In this document: in pieces, positions 42,800 through 50,774 of the stretch
How the letters are laid out: the number at the start of each line of letters is the position of its first letter
Numbering within the stretch: the stretch's first letter is position 1
Origin: Parcubacteria group bacterium GW2011_GWA2_51_10
Lineage (GTDB): Bacteria > Patescibacteriota > Minisyncoccia > Phycocordibacterales > UBA2100
Assembly (NCBI GenBank): GCA_001004265.1
Contig: LCQS01000005.1
Span: forward strand, 5,371-69,370
DNA length: 64,000 nt
Direction: 5' to 3'
Notes under the pieces: generated by a model
Told to the model about the DNA's origin: nothing
The model's input: the letters and a program-made list of their open reading frames with translations, nothing else
Databases searched by the model: none
Translations under genes and position numbers: made by a program

Positions 42800-43010
42800 G
42801 AGGGGGCTAGAGGATTTAATCCAGCAGGGCATAACAAAAGGCAGAAAGGCGGCTGTGTATAACAATGTTCGGGTAGATATACAGGGGTTTAGTCCTAAAA
42901 GGGGCGGAACCGCAATTATACGATACCAGGACGCATATGCATGTTTCGCCGTTCCGATTGGCGCGCTCGAGCCGCCTCCCACGCTCGAAACCGAAGACGA
43001 CGCACCGTGA
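42753..43010 (+). CDS. hypothetical ORF overlapping the previous one (possibly its frameshifted continuation)
   Basis: TTG start and no SD. It overlaps 42422..42799 by 47 nt in the +1 frame across a GGGAAAAAG run, and it ends inside the terminator loop. Confidence 0.25.
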   Translation: MQAQPHTKLGKRPEYKRGLEDLIQQGITKGRKAAVYNNVRVDIQGFSPKRGGTAIIRYQDAYACFAVPIGALEPPPTLETEDDAP

Positions 43011-43027
43011 GTGCGCCGTTTTTTTAT
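42997..43027 (+). terminator. intrinsic terminator
   Basis: acgacgcac-cgtga-gtgcgccgt followed by TTTTTTTATT. Confidence 0.65.
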
Positions 43028-43102
43028 TCATGATTTTTTTCAAGTGAGGAAACCTGCCGGAGTTTTTTTATGTGCTAAACGCTATAAGCTTTACGCTATA
43101 CG

Positions 43103-44746
43103 CTAGCGGTCTATCATATATTTTCTGATGTCCTCAATCGTGCCGCCGACTTTTTTGCCGGGATTGAAAATATTTTTCGGGTCGAAAATCTTTTTTACTT
43201 CAGCAAACAGTTTACAGACTTCTTCGCCATACATGATCGGCAGATAGGGAGTTCGAATGATTCCGTCGTTGTGCTCCCCGGTAATCGATCCGCGATATTT
43301 GCCGACGAGTGTGTACACTTTCTCTTGGAGTTCTATAATCATCTGCCGATTTTCCAGCTTTGCCATATCGAGAAGGGGAATAATGTGGAAGTTCGCATCT
43401 CCCGCGTGTCCGGCGATCGTGTAAAGAAGATGATGTCGATTCAAAATCGCATTCAACTCCGGCAGAAAGCGTGGGTAGTCGCTCGAATGCACGACGATGT
43501 CGTCAATAAACGGCGCGGCATAGAGGCCGTGGAGATTTTTCCGCAAAAGATTAAAACTGCCGCGCCGTACCGCCCAGTATTTTTCGGCATGCGCTTCGCT
43601 CGTTGCGAGCTTTGTCCGCACCGCGAGGCCGTGGAGCGAGTCGCGCGCCTCGCGCGCTTTATCGCGCGCCTCCGCGGCGGACTCTTCAGCGAATTCCGCC
43701 ATGAGAATAAGCTTTGGCACGCCGCCGGAGAATACCGCCCAGATTTCAGGGATGAAGGCGAACGCGAGCGCAAGCATTTTCAGTATGCCGAATGTGCTTA
43801 CAAGCTGCGGCATGAATCGCACCGCGAGCTTGAACGTGTGATCATCGTAGCTCTCGAACGATTCGGGCCCGTGGGCGAGGATGCGGCTCACGATCTCCGG
43901 CATAATCTCCAAATCAGAAAGAAAAATCACGAGCATCGCTCTGTGCGACTTTCTGCGAACGAGACCTATGCGGGCAGACGTAATAAGGGCGAGCGTCCCC
44001 TGCGAACCCGTGATGAGTTCAGTGAGATCGAACGTTTCGCTCTTTCTGTCGTACACGTCCCAGAGTGCGTACCCGGCAGAATTCTTCGTTACGGACGGGC
44101 GCGCCTTCTCTATTAACGCTGCATTCTTCGAAAGGAGCGTGGCTATGTTGCGGTAGATCTCTCCTTCAAAAGAATTCTCTGTTTTTTTGGCTTCCAACTG
44201 TCGCTTCGAGAGGCGGCGTACCGCAGCGAGCGATCCGTCCGAAAGCACAACCTCGAGCTCGTGCACATACTTATCGGTCTTTCCGTAGCGCAGCGTCAGC
44301 TCTCCTCCGGCATTATTTGCGATCATGCCGCCGAGGGTAGCAAGCTGCTTTGACGCGGGGTAGGAAGGAAATACGAGGCCCTGTGCGAGTGTCACTTTCT
44401 CGATATCCCTATAGAACGCGCCCGCTTCAGCGATGATTGTTTCGCCGTCCATGCCATTAATTCTGTTCATGTACCGAGAGAAATCGAGCACGATAGAATC
44501 AGTGAGGGGTCCGCCGGACATGTCGGAGCCGCCGCCGCGAGCGGCAATAGAAATTATTTTGCCCGCCGCTTTCTGTCCATTCACGTAGCGGACGAGCGCG
44601 ACAACGTCCTCTTCACTTTTTGGAAATACAACGAGCGCGGGTGCGCGCTCGAATATGCTTTTGTCGCGGCTGTATTCTTTGAGCGTTTTCGCGTCATCAA
44701 GAACGTCACCTTTAATCAAAGGAGAGATATCAGCGCGATGCAACAT
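43103..44746 (-). CDS. FAD-binding oxidoreductase (GlcD / D-lactate dehydrogenase-like, PCMH-type)
   Basis: VVFPKSEEDVVALVRYV, ARGGGSDMSGGPL, and a C-terminal GSITGEHNDGIIR...KKIFDPKNIFNPGK. Confidence 0.85.
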   Translation of the reverse strand: MLHRADISPLIKGDVLDDAKTLKEYSRDKSIFERAPALVVFPKSEEDVVALVRYVNGQKAAGKIISIAARGGGSDMSGGPLTDSIVLDFSRYMNRINGMDGETIIAEAGAFYRDIEKVTLAQGLVFPSYPASKQLATLGGMIANNAGGELTLRYGKTDKYVHELEVVLSDGSLAAVRRLSKRQLEAKKTENSFEGEIYRNIATLLSKNAALIEKARPSVTKNSAGYALWDVYDRKSETFDLTELITGSQGTLALITSARIGLVRRKSHRAMLVIFLSDLEIMPEIVSRILAHGPESFESYDDHTFKLAVRFMPQLVSTFGILKMLALAFAFIPEIWAVFSGGVPKLILMAEFAEESAAEARDKAREARDSLHGLAVRTKLATSEAHAEKYWAVRRGSFNLLRKNLHGLYAAPFIDDIVVHSSDYPRFLPELNAILNRHHLLYTIAGHAGDANFHIIPLLDMAKLENRQMIIELQEKVYTLVGKYRGSITGEHNDGIIRTPYLPIMYGEEVCKLFAEVKKIFDPKNIFNPGKKVGGTIEDIRKYMIDR

Positions 44747-44772
44747 TCAATAATTATAACGCCTGGAAATGC

Positions 44773-45543
44773 TTATTTATTCGGTTGCGCGCAGACAGAG
44801 AGAATTTCGTCAATTACTTTCTCTGTCTCATGGGGACCGGACACCTCGATTGTTTGTACGCCGGTTTTTATTACAGAATAATCGTTGCCGCCAGGATAAA
44901 ACGCATCGCCGACAAAAATCAAATCTTTTGGCTGTGCTTTCAAATGCTCCGCCAACCAGCGCACGCCATATGCCTTGTCTACCCCCTTATGTGTAATTTC
45001 GATGGATGCTCTCCCTCCGAACGCAATACCGAATTGAGGAAGGCGCTTTTCAAGGAATCGCTTGATTGGTTGGCGTTTTTTACGATCCGGATCCCACTCG
45101 GCCTTCTTTTTAGGTGGCGCATCGAGACCGATGAGTGCGCAGATAATCTGACTCTCATTATCGAGAAACTGTGACCCATAAATCTGCTCATTCTCCACTA
45201 TGCGCGTCTCACGAATGCCATCTTGAAGAGCCTTGAGAACCTTTTCCTTTTCCGCTTGGGAAAAAAGCAAGTTATAGTGGCACTTCCATACTCCGTTTTC
45301 TTGCACATAACATGCGCCAGCAGCACTCGGCAGAAGATAAAACCGCTTGAGGTCTGTTTCTTTAGGAAGCACTGGCAAAATACTTTGTTGAACCCTCTCC
45401 AGGCTTGCTGACGACATGACTGCAACCGGAATCGTTGCAAGAAGTGTTGAAAGGCGCATCGCCACTTCAGAGGTCGGTGATTCCCAGGGAAACGCAAGCG
45501 TTCCGTCGAGGTCAAAAATGACTGCACGGGGGCACTTCGTCAT
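44773..45543 (-). CDS. HAD-IIB family hydrolase
   Basis: AVIFDLDGTLA (motif I) and FVGDAFYPGGNDYSV (motif IV). It is a paralogue of 60604..61332. The start at 45543 overlaps the DedA stop. Confidence 0.75.
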   Translation of the reverse strand: MTKCPRAVIFDLDGTLAFPWESPTSEVAMRLSTLLATIPVAVMSSASLERVQQSILPVLPKETDLKRFYLLPSAAGACYVQENGVWKCHYNLLFSQAEKEKVLKALQDGIRETRIVENEQIYGSQFLDNESQIICALIGLDAPPKKKAEWDPDRKKRQPIKRFLEKRLPQFGIAFGGRASIEITHKGVDKAYGVRWLAEHLKAQPKDLIFVGDAFYPGGNDYSVIKTGVQTIEVSGPHETEKVIDEILSVCAQPNK

Positions 45544-46157
45544 AGTTCCACGGTTTTCTTCTTCACGGATTTTCTGAATTCCGACGCGAGCGGTATGAGG
45601 GAGGCAATCACGATAAGAGCCACAATGAGTGTCACGTAGTCCTCTAAGAACGGTATTCTCTCTCCCAAAAAAAATCCGGAGAACGTAATGCCGCCACCCC
45701 ACAGAATCCCGCCCGTTACATTGTAGGTCAGAAATTGTCGGTAGCGCATGCCTGCTATTCCCGCAAGTATCGGCGCGAACGTGCGGATAATGGGGATGAA
45801 GCGCGCAAGGACGATGGTGCGCACGCCGTGCCGTTCATAAAATTGGCGCGTTCGTTCGAGGTATTCCTTTTTAAAAAATCGCGAGTCTTCGCGTCGGAAT
45901 AAGGCAGGCCCCACTTTTGCTCCGAACCAGTAGCCGGTGCTGTCTCCGAGGATTGCAGCAAGGGTGATCAAGGGCAGCAATATCCACACATTAAATAGTC
46001 CGTGGGATGAGAGGAGCCCTGCGGTGAAAAGCATGCTAGATCCCGGAAGAAAAAACATGAAAAAGATTCCCGTCTCGGCAAACACAACGGCAAAGAGGCC
46101 CGGGTAGCCAAAGAGCTGTACAAGCTCTTTCAGATCGAGATTCAGCAAGAAATCCAT
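45540..46157 (-). CDS. DedA family membrane protein
   Basis: FGYPGLFAVVFAETGIFFMFFLPGSSMLFTAG and RFIPIIRTFAPILAGIAGMRYRQF. Confidence 0.85.
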   Translation of the reverse strand: MDFLLNLDLKELVQLFGYPGLFAVVFAETGIFFMFFLPGSSMLFTAGLLSSHGLFNVWILLPLITLAAILGDSTGYWFGAKVGPALFRREDSRFFKKEYLERTRQFYERHGVRTIVLARFIPIIRTFAPILAGIAGMRYRQFLTYNVTGGILWGGGITFSGFFLGERIPFLEDYVTLIVALIVIASLIPLASEFRKSVKKKTVEL

Positions 46158-46158
46158 C

Positions 46159-47427
46159 TTAGACGTGGGAATCAGGAATCGGGAACTTTACGCACAGTTG
46201 GCGAATTTCCTCGCGGATCGATTTCTGCACACTCGTGTCGTCCTTCTTCTCGAGCGAATCAACCATGAGCTCGGCAACGCGCGCGCACTCTGTCTCCGTA
46301 AATTTGCGTGTGGTGACAGCGGGCGTCCCGAAGCGAATACCAGAAGGATCCATCGGGCCGCGGCTGTCGTCCGCAATCGAGTTTTTATTGAGCGTGATGC
46401 CCGCCTGATCGAGCAAAGTTTCCGCATCTTTGCCGGTAACGCCGAGAGAGCCGAACACGTCAGCGAGGATGAGGTGATTATCGGTTCCACCTGTAAGGAG
46501 GCGCACGCCGCGCTTCTTGAAAACTTCAGCCATCGCTTTGGCGTTTTTTAGTACTTGCGCCGCATACTTCTGAAATGCGGGCGTCTGCGCTTCTTTGAAT
46601 GCGACTGCTTTCGCGGCGATGTTGTTCATGTGTGGGCCACCCTGGAGGCCGGGGAAGACCATTTTGTCCATCTTCTTTCCGATCTCGTCGCTTTCGCGCG
46701 TGAGGATCATGCCGCCTCTCGGGCCGCGGAGCGTCTTGTGCGTCGTTGTGGTCATCACGTCGAATCCAAAATCAAACGGGTTTTTCACGGCTTTCCCGGC
46801 AATGAGGCCCGCGATGTGCGCGACGTCCATCACGGAGTATGCGCCCACTTCGCGCGCGATCTTAACGAATTTTGCGTAATCCAATTCGCGCGGATAGGCA
46901 GAGAATCCCGCGAGCACAATTTTTGGCTTTGCCTCGAGCGCAACCTTGCGCATTTCATCGTAGTCTATTTCACCCGTATCCGGATTTTTCATCTTATATC
47001 TTACGAATTTGAAAATCTTCGTGAGATACGTGACAGGGTGCCCATGCGTGAGATGCCCTCCGTGAGAGAGGTCCATGCCGAGTATGGTATCGCCCGGCTC
47101 GAGGAGCGCGAAATACATCGCGATGTTCGCGTTGGCTCCGCCGAGCGGCTGGACATTCGCGTATTTTGCTCCGAAAAGCTGCTTGGCGCGCTCTATCGCG
47201 AGTGTCTCCACCATGTCGGTGAATTGCTGGCCGCCATAGTAGCGCTTGCCGGGGTATCCTTCTGAATATTTGTTCGTAAGGATGGAGCTGTTTGCTTCGC
47301 GCACAGCCTTGGAGACGTAATTCTCCGAAGGAATCAGCTCAATGCCTTCTGCTTCGCGCTTTTCCTCGCCCTCGAGAGCTTCGAAAACTTCAGGGTCCTG
47401 CTTTTCTATGAATGGATAATCACTCAT
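46159..47427 (-). CDS. glyA: serine hydroxymethyltransferase
   Basis: IELIPSENYVS, YSEGYPGKRYYGG, and VMTTTTHKTLRGPRGG (the PLP lysine). Confidence 0.97.
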   Translation of the reverse strand: MSDYPFIEKQDPEVFEALEGEEKREAEGIELIPSENYVSKAVREANSSILTNKYSEGYPGKRYYGGQQFTDMVETLAIERAKQLFGAKYANVQPLGGANANIAMYFALLEPGDTILGMDLSHGGHLTHGHPVTYLTKIFKFVRYKMKNPDTGEIDYDEMRKVALEAKPKIVLAGFSAYPRELDYAKFVKIAREVGAYSVMDVAHIAGLIAGKAVKNPFDFGFDVMTTTTHKTLRGPRGGMILTRESDEIGKKMDKMVFPGLQGGPHMNNIAAKAVAFKEAQTPAFQKYAAQVLKNAKAMAEVFKKRGVRLLTGGTDNHLILADVFGSLGVTGKDAETLLDQAGITLNKNSIADDSRGPMDPSGIRFGTPAVTTRKFTETECARVAELMVDSLEKKDDTSVQKSIREEIRQLCVKFPIPDSHV

Positions 47428-48389
47428 ACTTTTGCGTGCAGTTTTTTATTATAACCCCCCGCGATGGTCAGCTCGGCTTTAATCGAAGGATGAGGATCAT
47501 ATCCCACGAGTTCCACATATTCCGGTCTGAATTCCTCGAGCGAATCAAAATCGTGCGTGAATCGCAGTGTCGGAAATGCTCGCGGTTCTCGCGCAAGCTG
47601 CTCTCGTATCTGCTCGCCGTGATTTTCATACATATGATAATCGCCGAACGTATGGATAAATTCTCCCGGCTCGCGTTTTAGAATCTTCGCGATGATGATA
47701 GCGAGGAGCGCGTAACTTGCGATGTTGAAAGGAACACCGAGGAACATGTCCGCGCTCCTCTGGTAGAGCTGGAGTGAGACGCGGTCGCGTTTAATGTTGA
47801 TTTGATACATATTGTGGCAAATGGGGAAGCGAGCGCCCTCGCCCGGGCGCGCCATGCTGTAGAGGTATTCAGGATTCCATGACGTGACGAGTGTATTGTG
47901 CGCGTCCGGGTCCTTTGAGAGTTCTTCGATTACCCAGCCGAGCTGGTCCACGGAGCGGCCGTCATTGGCCGGCCAGCGCCGCCAGCTCTCGCCGTAGATA
48001 TGGGGCAATTCCCCGTTCTTTTTCGCAAATTCGGCGTCGCTCTTAATTTTGCCGATGAATTCGTCCTTGGAGAGTGCCTCGGTGCCTTCGCGCGCCATTT
48101 TTTCCACATATATTTTGTATGGATAGTCGTCCCAGATATGCACGTCGTTGTCGACAAGATATTTGATATTGCTCTGTCCCGAGAGGAACCAATAGAGCTC
48201 ATGGAGAACGCCCTTCCAGTAGACTTTTTTGGTGGTGAGGAGCGGAAAACTCTCCGAGAGATCGAAGCGGATTTGCGCGCCGAATGCGCTGTAGGTTTTA
48301 ACGCCGGTCCCGCTATCCACTTGCTCTTCGCCGCGCTCGAGAATTTCGCGGAGGAGTTCGAGATACTGCTGTTCCGGGTGCTTCTCCAT
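47424..48389 (-). CDS. thyA: thymidylate synthase (ThyA)
   Basis: MEKHPEQQYLELLREILERG, HIWDDY, and RFPICHNMYQINI...LQLYQRSADMFLGVPFNIASYALL. Confidence 0.95.
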   Translation of the reverse strand: MEKHPEQQYLELLREILERGEEQVDSGTGVKTYSAFGAQIRFDLSESFPLLTTKKVYWKGVLHELYWFLSGQSNIKYLVDNDVHIWDDYPYKIYVEKMAREGTEALSKDEFIGKIKSDAEFAKKNGELPHIYGESWRRWPANDGRSVDQLGWVIEELSKDPDAHNTLVTSWNPEYLYSMARPGEGARFPICHNMYQINIKRDRVSLQLYQRSADMFLGVPFNIASYALLAIIIAKILKREPGEFIHTFGDYHMYENHGEQIREQLAREPRAFPTLRFTHDFDSLEEFRPEYVELVGYDPHPSIKAELTIAGGYNKKLHAKV

Positions 48390-48393
48390 AACT

Positions 48394-48969
48394 CTATGTT
48401 CGCGCGAGCTTTTTCTTCGCACTCTTGCTGATCTTCTCCGCGGCGTTGTGCTTCCAATTGTCTTTTGCAAATCGGCCGACCTGCGTATAAGCCTGCGCGG
48501 GCGGGGAAGAGAGCATTGAGAATGTGATTTGCGCGATCGCCATTCCCGGGCGAAGAATAATCGGCACGTTATTTTGATTGGTGATCTCGAACGTTATATG
48601 CAGGAAGTGCCCGGGATTTATAATGCCCGAAGTGTTGTGGATCATGAGCCCTACGCGTGCGAGAGAAGATTTGCCGCCGATCTGGATTAAAAAATCATTT
48701 GAGCCGAAATATTCTTTGGAAGTTCCGAGCACCGATATTCCAGGGTGCAGGATGAATTCCGCACCGTCCCTGATTTGTGATTCACGAATTTTGGCGAAGA
48801 TTTTTTTCTCCGGGTCAATGATTGGTGTGGCGCTCTCGTCATTGAGGATGAATTTATTGCCGAGGTGAATGTCGTAGCTCACGGGCTGCAAATTAGCTTC
48901 ATCATACGGTTTCAGCGTAATCCGACCGGTCCGGACTTCCTTTTTGATATCAACATCCGAGAGAAACAT
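48394..48969 (-). CDS. dcd: dCTP deaminase family protein
   Basis: LQPVSYDIHLGNKF, GGKSSLARVGLMIHNTSGIINPGH and ITFEITNQNNVPIILRPGMAIAQITF. Confidence 0.9.
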   Translation of the reverse strand: MFLSDVDIKKEVRTGRITLKPYDEANLQPVSYDIHLGNKFILNDESATPIIDPEKKIFAKIRESQIRDGAEFILHPGISVLGTSKEYFGSNDFLIQIGGKSSLARVGLMIHNTSGIINPGHFLHITFEITNQNNVPIILRPGMAIAQITFSMLSSPPAQAYTQVGRFAKDNWKHNAAEKISKSAKKKLART

Positions 48970-49189
48970 GCCAGTTTTCTTAGCGAGCAAAGCGAGCTGT
49001 AGAAAACTGAGCACCCAGCTCTACTTTTGCCTCTGATAAATCCCCGGAACGCGTGGCCGAATAGGCCGACCCTTGTCGGGCGAAGCGTTCCGAAGTTCGC
49101 ATGCGCACTGTACTCTGCATGTCCACATAGTATCGCATACCCATGCAAAAGTAGGGCTGGGTATATCTATTTCACAAGACCAATGACCT

Positions 49190-49864
49190 TTATTCCACCA
49201 CGAAAATCTTATCTGTCCCGTAGTACTGTTTCCAGTTGGCGTTGTAAAACGCGAACATGCGCAGAAGCCGGTCCTGCGGGAGCTCCTCTACGCCAAGTTG
49301 GCCCATGAGCGCTCTGATTTCCTCGCGGGCGGTATCGACTTTAGCCGGATCGTCTACCATACGCTCGAATTCCGCAACCCAGCCATAGCCGGCGTTTCTG
49401 TCCAGAGTCACATTCGTGCCGAGGCAGACATACTCCTCCCGTTCGCGTGACCATTTTGCCTGGTACGAGAATCCGGCGGAGATGATCAGCCTATCGAGTT
49501 CTAAAAGCGCGAGCGGGACTTTTTCTTCGAACTCCATGCGCGAAATGCCGTTCGCACTTGTAGTGTCGTCCACGGATACTTTCAGCACGAGGAGAACCGT
49601 TCCACCCTTTTCGCGGGAGCGAACGGAACATTCACTCGCCCTTGTAGCGAGATCTTTCAATTTTGCGATGTGCTCTGGAGGGAGATGAGAGCTCACGGCA
49701 GCTACGAGCCTTCCTAGCTCGCCGCCAACAAAATAATGATTGAGTTGTTTATTTCGTGACTCGAGCTTACAGCTTGGATCGGCCTCTAGCATGGCCTTTC
49801 TTATTTCATCCGCCCGTTCCTCACTCCCAAGAAGCGATTTAATCTCGATTTCGTATGTTTGCAT
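49190..49864 (-). CDS. CYTH domain protein (triphosphate tunnel metalloenzyme)
   Basis: N-terminal YEIEIKSLL (the ExExK signature). Length and alternating charged beta-strand pattern are consistent with CYTH. Confidence 0.65.
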   Translation of the reverse strand: MQTYEIEIKSLLGSEERADEIRKAMLEADPSCKLESRNKQLNHYFVGGELGRLVAAVSSHLPPEHIAKLKDLATRASECSVRSREKGGTVLLVLKVSVDDTTSANGISRMEFEEKVPLALLELDRLIISAGFSYQAKWSREREEYVCLGTNVTLDRNAGYGWVAEFERMVDDPAKVDTAREEIRALMGQLGVEELPQDRLLRMFAFYNANWKQYYGTDKIFVVE

Positions 49865-49896
49865 GCTGGCATGATAGCAAATGCTATTCTAGTTGC

Positions 49897-50400
49897 ATGA
49901 TGAAGCCTAAAGTATGCGCTGTCGTGGCTATCGGGAAAAATCGAGAGCTCGGGAAAGGCGGCAAGCTCTTGTGGCACATTCCGGATGACCTGCAGCGTTT
50001 CAAGAAGTTGACGATGGGGCACCCGATAATTATGGGACGCAAGACATTCGAGTCGATTGTTGGATACCTCGGAACGCCATTGCCCGGAAGGACGAATATC
50101 GTAGTCACGCGAGATCCGAATTGGAAATACGAGGGCATTATTGCGACAGATTCACTGAAGAAGGCGATCGAAAAAGCAAAAGCTCTCGACTCTACAGAAA
50201 TCCATATCGGGGGGGGAGCGGAGATCTATCGGCAGGCGCTTCCCTTTATAGACAAGCTCTACCTCACGATAATTGATGATGCAAAAGAGGCAGACACTTT
50301 TTTCCCGGAGTACGAAAAGGAATTTACGAAAAAGACTTTTGAAGAAATGCGTGAATGGAACGGACTTACGTATCGCTGGGTGGATTTGGAGCGCGTATGA
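49897..50400 (+). CDS. folA: dihydrofolate reductase
   Basis: VCAVVAIGKNRELGKGGKLLWHIPDDLQRFKKLTMGHPIIMGRKTFESI and IHIGGGAEIY. Confidence 0.9.
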   Translation: MMKPKVCAVVAIGKNRELGKGGKLLWHIPDDLQRFKKLTMGHPIIMGRKTFESIVGYLGTPLPGRTNIVVTRDPNWKYEGIIATDSLKKAIEKAKALDSTEIHIGGGAEIYRQALPFIDKLYLTIIDDAKEADTFFPEYEKEFTKKTFEEMREWNGLTYRWVDLERV

Positions 50401-50458
50401 TCGCTTGACGAGGTCTTAATCTTGCGATATTGCAATAACTGGTATAAGGAGGCAGCAG

Positions 50459-50704
50459 ATGAAAAAGTTCCGGATGTATGTGGCGACATGCATCGTCGCC
50501 GGAGGCGCATGGAACGCAGCGATCGTCTTGACGATCAAAAGCGGCAGTCCCGGTTTGTATATGCTGGCCGCCGCATGTATATGTCTCGCTGCAATCTCAC
50601 TTGTACTGGCAGATCGCGCGGTACATAAATACCGTCGAGCAGAACAAGAGGCCTATGCGCGATTTCGTGCGAAAATTCATCGGCGCCGTCTATCTACACA
50701 TTGA
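50459..50704 (+). CDS. hypothetical small membrane protein
   Basis: Two TM helices and a basic tail. It is followed by a gcccggc-ttgc-gccgggc hairpin (50717-50734). Confidence 0.4.
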   Translation: MKKFRMYVATCIVAGGAWNAAIVLTIKSGSPGLYMLAAACICLAAISLVLADRAVHKYRRAEQEAYARFRAKIHRRRLSTH

Positions 50705-50774
50705 CTTTCGCTGAAAGCCCGGCTTGCGCCGGGCCTTCCTCTACTCTTTTTGGTATTCTGTACCGTAACTAGGT

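Noticed and set aside
43271-44116. 281-aa plus-strand ORF, plus similar ORFs at 46555-47265 and 53573-54298
   Set aside because: They are antisense to the FAD-oxidase, glyA and purL/purQ genes respectively. No motifs are present.
49190-50400. CYTH gene wedged between dcd-thyA-glyA and folA as a functional 'system'
   Set aside because: The co-location is real, but CYTH proteins are common stand-alone genes. Nothing in the sequence links it mechanistically to the dTMP genes.
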